Assembly: GCA_000708835.1 (NCBI GenBank)
Contig: DF236965.1
Coordinates: 124,001 to 188,000 of the forward strand
Source: Klebsormidium nitens
Taxonomy: Eukaryota > Plantae > Klebsormidiophyceae
Length of the DNA stretch: 64,000 nt
Direction of reading: 5' to 3'
Positions 37,810-50,351 of the stretch are shown piece after piece. How positions within the stretch are numbered: the first letter of the stretch is position 1; every line of letters begins with the position of its first letter. The notes below the pieces were generated by a model that was not told the origin of the DNA, did no database searches, and was given only the letters and a program-made list of their open reading frames with translations. The translations under genes were made by a program, and so were the position numbers.

Positions 37810-40800
37810 CTAAAGCTCAAGCTTGGGATCTTGGCCTCTGCGGAAGAGAGGGCTGTGGTACTGAGGGCCCTTGTAAGGGACACCTGCAGAGGAGGACCAA
37901 AAGGGCGTCAGCAGAACGGAGCAGTGCTGCTCTTCTTGAAAGAAGAAGAGGCTCGGAGACGGACTTCATTTTACAGCAGGATCTTAAAGCGGCAAGGATC
38001 TCGGCACCGAAGTTTGGCATGTCAGCGAAACGGGTTCATCCTCAGGGCTTTCAGGCTTTCTTATCATCGTCAATTAGACCGGACAACAAACTCAGTACCC
38101 TCTCCACACATAGAATACTGGAAGGACCCCTGAAAGACTCTCTCTTCCTCACAAGCTTTCAAAAGCTTAAGCATCATGGTTTCCAGATCTTGGATATCAG
38201 AAACAAGGGAGCTCTTTGAGGTTAATAGCCCCCTTCTGGATATCCTAAAAGCTCAGAACCGATACCTCCACAATACTCTGAAATGATCATTTGCCAAATC
38301 CAACGACATACCTTGGCAGAAGATGCGCTCGCACTCTGGCCCGGCCAGCTCCCTCTTGTAGACGCTGACGAAGTCGGGCGCGGGGCAGTCGCACGTGTAC
38401 GTGGTGGTGCTCGTGGCGTGGCATATGCCGGGCTTGCAGGGGCCCTCGCGCGCGGCGCACGGATCAGCGGCCGCGGCTGCAAGATATAGGGAGTTAACGA
38501 CGTTAGAAAGGAAAGTAGAGCGAGGGAGGGAAGTAAGAACCGCGTTTTTCAATTGAGCCCGTATTGGAGCCATCTTTGAATCTCAATCGCTGTGCAGCGA
38601 GAAGAGATATTGTGCTGTGGAAGTTGAGATGGGCGAGTCATTTGCTTGGTGGATATCTTCAAGGTTGCGCACTGATGCGCAACAGAGACCGCAAGAGCTG
38701 GCGAGGTTGACATCCCCTTCAGCTTACAACACGTGCGCAAACCCCAGCTTCACCTCGAAAAGCACGATATCCTTCAGGAAAGACCGTTGCCAGACCATGC
38801 GAAAGGTCTTACCCAAGCTTAGCAGACCTGTATAATGCAGAAAAGGCGAGCCGGGGTCTTCGATAATTACAAGCATCAGTCAATCAAGGGTCTGCAAACT
38901 CACGGACGCAAACCTCCCGCCTCTCCCCGAACGGCCCGGGCGCCTTGGTCTGGCGCGCGAAGCCCTTGGGGCAGCGGCACTTGTTCCCGTTCTCGTACAG
39001 GCGGCACGTGCCGGGGAAGCAGACGTCCACGTCGCAGGACGGGTTGCTAACGCCGGGCGCGGGGCCGACCGCGGGCGCGGGCGCGGGAGCGGTTCCATTG
39101 ACGCCGAACTGGCCGCCGCCCGGAACGGGAGCGGTGAAGTTGCAGATTCCGTTGACGTAGTTAGGCCAGGCGAGCGCGGCGAATAAAGTGCCTGCGAATG
39201 GAAGAATTTGATCAGTAAACGAGCTTGATATCGTTAGGTGTTTGGAAACTTTCCAGAATGGTCCTAGAGTTGAGAGCACATTTCTGCTGATGTTTCGGAG
39301 CGTTCTTCTTCTTGCAGGTGTGATGATGATGATTCACGGGTGTGCAGAAAGAAGCGGCAAAGCTCCATCGCAGCAGAGAGACCGCCTCAACGGGCTGCTT
39401 GCAAAGACAGCCAATTTGCAAGACATTCTGTTAAGAAGGGGTTTTTCGCTGGGACGACTTACCGTTGGCGCACTCGAAGGAGTGAGGCCCCTTGAAGTTC
39501 TCGGTCTGCAAAGGAAGGACGGCAGTCGTATCAGACTTCTTGCCTCTCTTTAAGTGCTAGACGAAGAGCAGATCCGTTCATCCTTCGACCCATTATTGGC
39601 CTTGCAATCACACCCTTGCAACCTTGATGGATGACATACTCGTTTCAAAGCTCCCGCCACGTCGTCCTTTTGGACCCCTACTGCCAGAGTTGACCAGTTC
39701 TCATTAAGCTTCAACTAGATTAGAGTAGCTCTCTGATCAAGTCTCTGACAACTTGCGCTTTGCATCATCCGGCACTTCATCCATGTAAACGGTTTTGACC
39801 AGTTCCACTTAGAGTGCGAAAGAATCGAATGAGAGCTACGTTCAGCTTTCTGACAATTTGCGCACTTACGGGGTCGGTGAAAGTAATATTGGGAACGCGG
39901 CACAGCTGCGTGAAGCCGGCGGGCTGGGTGAAGACAGAGTCGGAGGCGCGGTCACCCGAGTCCTGTGGTGGCAGAACACACTTGTATTGAGGCTCCAATC
40001 TACTCAATACAGTGGGCCGACGCATGGCAGGCTGCTTTTCCTACCACCTTCGCGGCTTTTGGACGAAACAAGGTCCTCGCATTGGTAAAGAGAGCTCCGA
40101 AGACTCTGTTTAGTTTGTGTCGCCGGAAAAGCACGTTGACAGAGCTTGCTTCGGCGGAAGTTTGCGTGAAGACTCTCCTTGGGGATTGTGCATTCGTTCT
40201 GGACTTTCCGAAGCTGACGTAGCTAGCGAAACCCTGATCAAATGAAATTTTTCCGGATTTGTCCGCTAGATTTTGGATGGATTTGCAGGCGCTATCAGAG
40301 GTCTATATTGGCTTGCCTCTTTTTTTACGTAGTAAAAAGGCAAGTTGTAGTTTTGCTGTATTTTCCGAACTGTACGACGTCGTGAGCGGCTACGTGAGTG
40401 ACCAGTCTGGTGGTTTTGCCTCGATTTGCCCCGGATCGACGATAAAACGTACAGTAGGGACCCAAAATTTGCCATACCATGGTGGGTTTTGCTTTTGGAC
40501 TGCCCCCGCAGAGCGGCGCAAATAAGCTGTATCGCATCGAAGGCGGCCGCGAAAGCCGCTCGGAGCCAGATGTAACGCTGCAACAATCTGACATTCTTGA
40601 ACGGACAAGATTCTGCCACGTTGCAATCTCAGTGTGTCGCAATCCCGCCACGATAGCCAGTAACGTACCCTTATAAGGGCAGTGTCACAATTTCAACAAT
40701 CAATCAGTCCATCAATCAGTACACTAGGTTGATGCGCAACTTCATACCTTATTGAAAGGCTTTCCAAAATATACGCTTCGATCACAACAAATTTCAAAAA

Positions 40801-43800
40801 ATCGCCGTTGAAAAATAGCACAAGTTTCCGTCCATAAGCCCCCATTAGAGGCAAGCCCTGACGCCCCTCCGGGGCGTTTCCCACATGTTAAGTTCAAGAT
40901 TGCCCAACGGAATGGTGTAAGGGTCAAAAGATCGACTTACCGCCACCTTGTTGCTGTACACGAAGGTGGTCTGGAGCAGTACGCGCGCGCAGTCGTCAAC
41001 CCAGATGGCACCGCCAGCAACCTGCGAGGGCCGTCCACGTGTCAGCCATCGACCACATATCAAAAGAAAGTCGCTACTAACCTATTACCAGTATAAAGAA
41101 TGCGAATAGGCGGATAAAGAGAAAGCCAGCATACGGAAACGACAGTAGCAGGCCATATTACAAGCTCCAAAACTGAGTCAAACATTTCGCAGCAGGGATT
41201 ATCCTTCAAGCATGCATGCCCCGGCAATTCAATTCCTCATTCATGCCGGCGCTTCGCTTGATTTCTGGAGGCTTCGTCTCAGTCGTCGCAAGTGTGTGGC
41301 TCACCCCGGCCTGGTTGGAGAGCAGCGCCCCGGTTGCGATAAAGTTGGCAACGACGGGCCCGACGAGCTTAAACGCTCCGCCGACGCCGCCCGCGCGGTT
41401 GCTGCCGTACGTGAACACCTGGTAGTCGCTGTCGCCCTTCAGGAACGCGCCGCCGCCGTCCTGCGATGCCGCGGCCGCGTGTCAATCACTAAACCCTTCG
41501 ATTTCAAAGACGACTTGAGATTCGAAGGGCCAATCGTGACAAACAGAATCCCGAAACCACATTCTCAAACTGCGCCACCGTTGGGCTAGGAGAAGGTAAG
41601 CTGGAAGGCCAAAGGCCCCGAGGTGCTCAACCTCGAAGGAAGCAAAGTGCCGCCGATTCAACGACGGAAGCTTGCAGACTGCTCTTTGGGTGTTTCCCAG
41701 GAACAATAGGACTCTCAACGGGCCATCTTCCAGAACCCTTACGAGCTGGTTCGTAGATTGCAGGGCAGCGAGAGACAGGCGAGCCGGATGGAAAAGTCAC
41801 TCTTGGCGTTCCCGGTCTTGATAAAGAGAAGGGCTGAGCTGTCGAAGCAATTATTGAGAGCCGACTGCTATTTGGCGTACCTGCACGGCCCTGTTGCCCT
41901 GGATGCTGTACGAGCGGAAGTGAACGGTGCTCCCCTCGGACGTGTAGATGCCTCCGCCGTTGCCCTGCGCACAAGGGGAGATGACGTAAGCTGCCTGCCT
42001 AATTCTCACATCGAATAAGTTCGTCTTGATCCAAAGTAAAAGCGGGACGGAACCAGATACACGAATATTTTGAGCTACTGAAATCTGGAATTGTCACCGC
42101 AGAGAGTCACAATAGAATGGTAAAAAGCTTTCGCAATAGCACCGAGCAATAATCCGCAATCCGAACTTGTCTTCATTAGATGATAAGACCAAAACGGATA
42201 GAAGTTTCGCGCCCTTTCTTCTCAGATTCTGAAGCTTCGTACAATGCTCAAGAACGGTACCTCAGAAAGAAAACAAGCACAAGATCACGAGGGGCGTATT
42301 CTCACCGTGGCCGTGTTGCGGGTGATGGAGCCGACCTGGAAGGTGGCGGTCGCGCCCTGGCCCAGGAACACCGCGCCACCATTGCGCGCGATGTTCTGGG
42401 TGAAGTACATGTTGCTGTAGGTGACGTCTGTAAAGACGTCCTGGTACACCGCCGCGCCGTCACCGGCCGTCTGAGGAAAGTGAGGGCAGCTTAAGAACTG
42501 GGCTTTAACGTGCAGCCTCCGTGTAGTTTCCAACCCCTCGACTGGACCTCGAACGTCATGAAAGCATGACTGGTGAGAAAGTCTTCATTGTCCCAATTAT
42601 CCATTACAAATCGTCCTGCTTCCGACCAGAGATTGGCTAACCGGTGGATCGGCAAGCCGTTTTGCAGATGTTCCAAAGCCGACGAAAAAAGTATCAAAAA
42701 TGGCGGCAGTATAAGCAATGCAAACAAGTAGACGGCAACATCTCACGTGGAAGCAGGTATCAAGCAGTCAGCCAATCAAGCTTCCAAACCGCGGAGCGCT
42801 CCTCACCGCGGCCTCCATGAACGTGAGGGACTCCAGGATGACCTTGACGGGCGTGAACCCGTTCTGGCGAACCATGAACATGGGGTACTTGCTGTGGGTC
42901 GTAAACACGTTGTACAGAGCTTGGTCAGCCGCCCCCCGGATCGTGATCGATTTGTCGATGACCAGCGGCAGAGACGCGCCGCAGATTTCGGGGCTCATCT
43001 CGATGTAGGTCCCGCTGTTGGACCAGCCGTTGAGCGCGGTGTCGGTGGAGCCGATCAGGATCGTGTCGCCCGGCGCGGCCGCCTTGAGCGCGGCCACGAG
43101 CGCGCTGCAGTTCTTGATGTACTCGCCCTGCCCCGTCAGGACTGCGCGCGCGCGGAAAAGAGGCGGTCAGGTTGGCGCAGTGAATCATGGATGTTGGTCG
43201 AAGGGAAAGGTACGTTGGAAGCCGAAGGGCGTAGCAATGTGAGCAACATTGCTTTATCCGTAAAGTGGCAGCAGATCAAGCTCGAGCCAGGTTCTAAGAG
43301 GCGCTTTGGTATCTTCCTGTGCAGCTCAAGAACTCTTGAGGACTACGAGACTCCCTTCTTTTTCTCACTTCCCGACGCATCCTAGCCATAAGCATGCTTC
43401 CCCTGGTTACGGTTAGATTCTTCAGGCCGTAAGAAACTGGGCGATCGGATCTGGGCAGTAGGCTTTCAAACGCACGTTGGGGTGCTGTTCCTGCTGACGT
43501 CATTAACAATCTCGGGTGCACACTCACTCGGGCAGGTGGTGTTCCAGGCGGCGGTGGTGTTGGGCGACACCTCGAAGATGACGTCACCGAACTGGTCCTC
43601 CTGAGGGGGGCACGCCCAAAGGTACGTCTGCGGGTCCGTGTTCACCACGCGCGCATCGCCGCTGGCCAGGTCAGGGGTGCACTGCACAAACGGAAGGGGA
43701 CTGGTCCAGTTAGGTCTGATTATCCTGGAATCTCTGCCGCAAAGTGGTGTTTTTAGCACGCCACAGCGCCGCTTTTCTTGGTCGTACACATGCGGCGATT

Positions 43801-46800
43801 GGAGAGCAGGGTGTCATGCCGTGCATATGGGTCGATGCACGTCTAGCCGCCAAAGCTTGATGACTGAGAAGGCAACAAAAAAGACGGTCAAACAAGGTCA
43901 AACTAAAGGGTACAATAAAGGGTACAATAAAGGGTACAAAATAAAGGGTACAAAATAAAGGGTACAATTGAGCAGGGCCGCGTCTTTGAGCCGAAAGTCA
44001 AGCGTTGCGTGGGCTTCTCACCCCGGACGGAGGCGTGACGCTGGCGTCGATGTCGTTGGTGATAAAGACGTTGAAGCGGGCCTGGACCTGGCCGCCCTCG
44101 TCCAAGTAGAGAGCGCCGCCGGAGCACTGCAACAGGAGAGAATGTGTGTAGAAGCTGGTACGTGTTTGCATTGGAGCTGACTGCCCTACCCAATCTGAGG
44201 CGCACGAAGCTGAAAGTGATCACAAAAGGGCTACAATGCAGACCAATCTGAGACTCGGAGGAAGGAAATAATCTTGCTTGATGATGCGGAGGGCCGACAG
44301 TTTTCGACGGGCCTGCGCGGCAAGCGCAGTACTTGCTCCTGTGCTTCGCGCTCCGGTTCAAAAATCTCATACTGATGCGGCTGGGATTTTCTTTATAGAG
44401 CTCACCATGGCTGTGTTGTTGCCGAACTGCCCGCCGAAGTAGATGGCTGTACCGCCGTTGTTGTCGACAGCTCCACCGAACCGGCCCTGCAATGTGCACC
44501 GGGCCGCCGTTCAGAATCTTAAATGGAGCAGAAAGATGTCGACGCGATTTCCAAAGGTTTCCGGGCTAATATCTCTCACCATGGCTTGCTCGATAATGCT
44601 TTTTGATCTTTCAAGACCTTATACTCATGAATGTCGCCGGACTGGATACAAGATACGACCGATGCAGGGCTAGGGGCAGTGCCTCTGGATCAAAACAAAA
44701 TAAGCTTCGGAATTTCGTTCTTACCGCCTGGTTCCCGTTGAAGGTGGTGTAGTCTCCCAGCATGCTGCCCTTGTGGAACAGGCCGGCGCCGTTCTCCTTG
44801 GCCCAGTTCTTCTCGATCGTGGACGTGAAGGCCTGGATGATGGACCCAACCTCCGCGTAGATGGCTCCTCCGTTGAGCTGTACGGCGCAAAGGAGATCTC
44901 AGCAGGTAGATTCTACTCAAAACCAATGCACTCAGAAGGGATGTTCAGCAGGTACTTTATAAAGATTTCACACACTCAGAAGGGGAATTCAGCAGGTAAT
45001 CTTATCCTCATTCCATGACCTCAGAAGGAGTTTTCAACAGGTACGTAGGTAGGTTCAACCCGGTTCCAATAGACTGAAAAGGAGAGTCCAGCAGGTAGAT
45101 TCAACCCGGCAGCAAACAAAGTCAGAAGGAGAAGTCAGCAGGTAGATGTAAGGAAAAGGAAAAGCTAGTGGGTGAAGGATGGGCGAAAGGACTCCTCACT
45201 CCTGTGATAATGCGGACAAGCCAAGGTCAATTCAATCGCAAGGGCATGATTTCATTCAGAGTTCCGTATCTCCGCGGGTCGACTTTGCCATTACGAAGGA
45301 AAAGCAGTCCTGAACATCTTACCGCCCAATTGAAGCGGAAGGTGTCGGCGTATGCCAGGAGGTAGGTGTCCTTCTCCATGTAGATTGCCCCGCCATTTCC
45401 ATGGAACTGTGGAAAGAAGAAGACGCTCAGGCTCGGTGAAACCTATTGACTTATACGAATTGAGCAAAGCTCGAAGTCCGATATCGTGATTCGGCGATAG
45501 GGCAGAAAAACATTAGTTGCTTTTCGCGTTGAGGGCTTAAGCTTCGACTCTGAAGCAAAAGTATTCAAGACTCCACGTTGCTGGGTTCACGCAACGATCT
45601 CTCGTTCAAAAAGGAAGCGCGATGCTAAGGGCAGCAGACTCCTGCCTTCTTGAAGAAGCTCCGGACCTATGAGAGGTTACGCTCCAGCTTGCAGTGGCTA
45701 TTCGTCGTCTTATTCTTACCGACTTGGAGTTGAGGAAGTTGCACAGGTTGGTGAAGAGGAACGCTCCCTTCTTAACGTAGAAGATGGCGCCGTTGGCGAA
45801 GGTCGTGTTCAGCTACAGTACGAAAATAGTACGTCAGTTTGACTGTACTCAAGCCTTTCCGGCTGCTCTGTGAGGCTTGCATCTCTCTTTGCATCTGAGA
45901 GCCTTGTCTTGAGCAACTTCACCTGTATGAATGTAACTTGTAAAGGATCAATCGACGGAGCAAACGGTATACGGAGTCCTGCGATCATGTCGACGTGTCT
46001 GGACGCTCAAATAAAACAGGCCTTGAAACTATTTGTTGTAGCTCAGAACGTGTAAGGTTTCGATTGAAGTAACTTTCGGCTCAGTGTCCGAGCAAATGTC
46101 TTGCGAAACGTATAGTAAAATTGACCCCAAAGTCAAAGGACACTGCGCTCCTCATGTCTCTGGGTGATGCTTTTGTATGGATCCTAGCTTCTTATCGCTT
46201 ATGAGACGGCTCAAGAAGCCTCACCGAGAACTCCCTGAAACTGATCCTGTTGAAGCTGGCCGTCACGTTCTCGTCCACGACGAACGCGCCGGCTCCAAAC
46301 ACGGTCCGCCCGGTGATGACATTGTAGTCGGGGTTTAAGTCCGCTCCGTTGACGGTAATGTCCTGGCTGATGTGAATAGGCAGCTGCACGTTGCACGGGC
46401 TGCACTGGTCGGCGGTCAGCTGAACGATCCCCGACACAGTGAGGGTGGCCCCCTTGGCGGCGCCCGCGATAGCGGCGCCTAGAGCGCAGCAGTCGGTGAT
46501 CGTGCCAGTGACGCCTGAGGGAAGAAAACGAACGGGGTCAGAGTTAGCCAGGGGCGTTATTGCAACGAGCTAAACATCGACAATCGACATCAGTGCAAGG
46601 GGTTCTTGGAATTCATCGAAAGGCTTGGCGGTGTTCTGCGACATTTCAACCGTGTAAAGACAGTGATGCGGGATTTCGGACGTTGGGCGGCGCTTCCGGT
46701 GCTCCTTCCAAAGGATCCAGGCCAGCACCCAACTGGCTCAAGAAAGTAGCTGCTCTCAGACAGTCGATGCAAGCTTTTCAGAGCACACTGCAAGGTTTGT

Positions 46801-49800
46801 TGAAACCAGCATTCGACCTCAGAAACATGATCGTCGCATGCGCAGCTGAACCAAATGAATGTTCTTTACGGTCAATGTTGTTTGAAGACCCGTTTGACTC
46901 TCGGCTCTCCGTGTTCACGGAGCTCTCATTTGCCTTGCAGCTCTGTGACAGTCTCACCTGGGCACGAGGCGGCGTACGGTCCAGCCAGAGTGTGAGGGTT
47001 GAGGTTGACCGGGTCGTTGGGCATGGGGCAGAAAGAGGCGAAGCCAGGAGCCTCGCCGAAGTAGTCGGCGGAGCCGTCGGGAGCACCGAGGCCGGTCTGC
47101 AAAACAGCAGGCGAAGCGAACGGTCAGAAGCTGTTTTAGAGCTCCGAAAACAAAGTTTTGGAAGGTGATGAGATCTGTGACGGTTCGCTGACGCTCACCA
47201 ACGTCGCTTTTGAAAATCGCAGGTCGTCCTCAATCGGCCCTTTCAGCTTCTCATAGAGAGACCTCGGCCAAACACCTTCTTATACGCGCGGCTGCTTTTT
47301 GAAGTTGTCAACGGATGCCACTCGTTCGTGGCTAACGCATTCGAAGCTTACGCATTCACCTTCACTCGAGAAGCACATTCTCTACGAGATATCTCGTAAA
47401 GGAGCTCCGACAGAGCGACGTGTCCCCAAAGGCTTCTCAGTCCCTGAGCACATTCTGGACACATTTTTGCAATCAATGTTTTTTCCAGTCGCGTTCTCGT
47501 CGACTTACGGGGTCACTGTTGACTGGCATGTACGTGCCGCTCTTGAAGTAGGCATTTCCCCCGAACACGTGGATGGCGGCCCTGGCCCCCGCCACGTTGC
47601 GGGTGATAGCGGTGGAGGTAAAGAACGCGAGCCCAGAGCCGCCCTGGCTGTAGGCGGCGCCGTTAACGTCCTGCACGAACAAAACAAAAGACGTGCTTAT
47701 GTTGTCTAGACAGACTTTCAGATGTCACTGTTCCCGGAGCAACTGGTTTGTATCTCCTGAAGGCCGTTTTCGAAGGATTTCGTCAGGTTCTTGCCTAAGC
47801 GAGAGAGGCCGGCCACAAGATTTCCAATCTAGTATCTCAGCTGAAAGCTGACGTTTGTCGGGCAGAGAGCGCGATTAAGGGATGGGAAGATACAGCAACT
47901 CAAAGAAATAGAAGATGCACCATTTACGAGAGTAAACCTTTGGGTTGTCACCAAGATCGGACGTTCTATGTTCGGCTTTAAATCCTACCCAACGGAACAA
48001 CTGAGATGCAAGAGGTGTGGTCGTGCACTTACGGCAGTGTTGGCATCGATGGTGCAGGCCGTGACGGTCGCATCTCCCCACACCACCAGGGCTCCACCGT
48101 TCTGCACGATAGCCGGTTGTCGCTCTTTAAGTCCTTTGATCTTGTACTTCTCGGCCCTTTGCGATTCATCTTGCTTCGTGTGGAAGGGGTCTGCATTTCG
48201 TCAATCTTCGTGGAGACGAAAGCCGAGATATGCTCAGGTAACAAAGCTCGAATGCACGAATGAAGGTTTGGTGAACCAATTTCGAGCAGATGACGACCGG
48301 AGAACGAACGGATCTGAAGGCGTTTGGCGAAGGGGTGTCCTCACCACGCTGGCGTGGTTGTTGGTCAGGAAGCTGGTAACGATGGTGAGCTTCGAGTTCA
48401 TTTCAGCGTAGATGGCACCTCCGTTGGCCTGCAGCCCAACAGCCACAGCAATTTGTATGCCACCCACTATGTTCGAGCTTCTGTCTCCAATTCTACTCCA
48501 GTCACCAAGTCGATGCACACCTTCAAATTCAGGACACGCAACTGAGCTGCAACAGCTTGTGACAAGCCTGCGAGCATCTTCAGAACTACCGAAACGCGTC
48601 TTTTCAATCGATGACACCCAGGATGCACTCAACCTCACTGGCCTCTGAGTCAGTGTGGGATACACTCGATCATTCTATATAGTGTTTGCATGTTTCGGAA
48701 TATGCTGAGATGCACGTCAGCACGTCTGACATAGGCGAGTTTCACCAATCCCAACGAGATAACAATCAGAGAGTGTCAACTTACGGCCTTGTTGAACTGC
48801 ATCGTTCCCACAGTGAAGATCGCAGTAGCCGATGTTCCAAGGTAGACCGCTCCACCCTGGGCCGTCTGCAGCCAGGCAAAGGAAACGCTTTGTTTGCTTA
48901 CCCTTTATTTCTGCTGAGCTTTCTCATCTTTCTGAGACTTTGTGATTTTTAGTTAGAAAGAGCTTTGAAAGCAAAGCATCCTCTTGCAGCCTTCATATAG
49001 AGGTAGTAGCTGGGTTCATCCGCCCTTACTGCTGCTGTCGACATTCCAGTACGCGGGTAAAGGGAAGTGGAGGACTCACCGACTCGAGCCACTTGAAAAC
49101 GTAATTCGTGAAGGTGACCTGAGAGTTGCTGTCCACAGACACCGCCGCGCCATTTGCCGACGACTGCATCACCAGACAGGCCCAGTCAAGCTTCGGTCTA
49201 TGTTTCAGATTTCAAACGGCCCCTCCTAGAGAAGTCGAGCTTGTCAGTCAGCTGCAGCATTCGATGTTTTTGCTGTATCAATCAGTGTTCGATTTATTGC
49301 AGGTTGGTGAGGCAAAGAAGAACGGCACCTTGACATTCTGGAAGCCAACGTTGACGAAGTCGACTTTGGCTCCGTTGGTAATCTTGAAGAGCGACGCCGT
49401 GTTGGTAGCACCTCTCCCGTCAAAAGCGTTGTCGCTAGGCAGCTGTGACCCGCCGGCCCCGTTCACCTGGTTGGGACAAAGTTACGTGATGTGAGCGGGG
49501 CGCTTAGCATGGTAAACAAACATGTTCTCCTCAGAGACTCTGTGCTTGATGCTCGCTTTGGAGATCATCGATTATCAAGGTGCTATAACGGATGCAAGTT
49601 AGGTTCGCTGCTGAAAGGGGGAAAAACCAAGTCGACCAACTTTGGGGGTCACAAAGAGGTCGTTCGTGCTCTAGAGGGGTCCATGGCAGATTCCGCAATA
49701 CAGTCATCTTCTTCAGTGCACTAATATTGCATGTTTAGCTAAGCAGGAATTGCCAACTCACCACGATCTGAATGGACTTGTCGATGACAATTGGCAGTCC

Positions 49801-50351
49801 CGTGGAGCAGGCCTGGGTTGTAATTGAAATGTTTCCATTGAAAATGAGTGTATCGTGATCCTGTGCTGTGGCTAGAAGTGCCTTGAGGGTATTGCAGTCT
49901 GTGAAGGAACTCGACCCGGCTGCAGAGAGGGAAGGCAAAGGAAAGAGATCAATGCACACGGCTTTCAGAGGATCTAGAGAAGCTTGGCTGTCTGATGATT
50001 CTATTTCAAAATGACTGGCTTTTCATCTATTATTGGGTAGGCCCTCCCTGGAGTTCCTGAGAGCGCCGCCATAGAACAATATACTGAGGTCTGACTGCAC
50101 TGACCTGTTCATGTCAGAATATGTGATGGACGAGTAGCCTAAGAGTACACTCATTCGCACTAGCAAGCTTCAAGCCCTTTGTGCCCTTTGCGGGTGCAAG
50201 CTTGTTGAGGCAAGAGGATCTGGGATGCAGGGACTGGGAAGGCAGATGCTGACATCGAAAGCGTCCAAGGAAGGCTGTGCTTACCTTGCACAATTGCCAC
50301 CATAAACAGGCTGCAGATCAGCCCCAGAAGGCAGACACGCCAGGAAGCCAT
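37810..50351 (-). CDS. Secreted protein with three right-handed beta-helix (Pmp/pectin-lyase-like) modules and two EGF-like domains (~1140 aa, 26 exons)
   Basis: Signal exon 50351-50285 (MASWRVCLLGLICSLFMVAIVQ). Modules start at 49919, 46514 and 43141 with D/N-C-x-x-L-x-A-x6-7-[DG]-[DA]-T-[LI] caps and LP[IL]-x-I-x-[KQ]-[SD]-I motifs. Many GGA[IVL] and F/I-x-x-N repeats. EGF exons 39191-38904 and 38476-38312; last exon 37883-37810 ends DPKLEL*. Every junction I checked is GT-AG and in phase. Confidence 0.88.
43904..43968. repeat. Intronic tandem repeat TAAAGGGTACAA(AA) x5
   Basis: Five consecutive 12/14-bp units are directly visible. Confidence 0.92.
44890..45146. repeat. Degenerate intronic minisatellite, ~46-bp period, six copies
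   Basis: Core CAGCAGGTA (once CAACAGGTA) near 44900, 44946, 44990, 45035, 45089 and 45136, mostly preceded by CAGAAGG. Confidence 0.8.

Noticed and set aside
37810-37824. C-terminal KLEL as an ER-retention signal
   Set aside because: Not a canonical KDEL/HDEL motif; noted only as a possibility.
40230-40830. Possible MITE in the large intron of the beta-helix gene
   Set aside because: Only weak AT-rich terminal similarity and no target-site duplication identified.
43904-45146. Repeat arrays considered as CRISPR-like
   Set aside because: Eukaryotic intronic context, no unique spacers of constant length and no cas genes.
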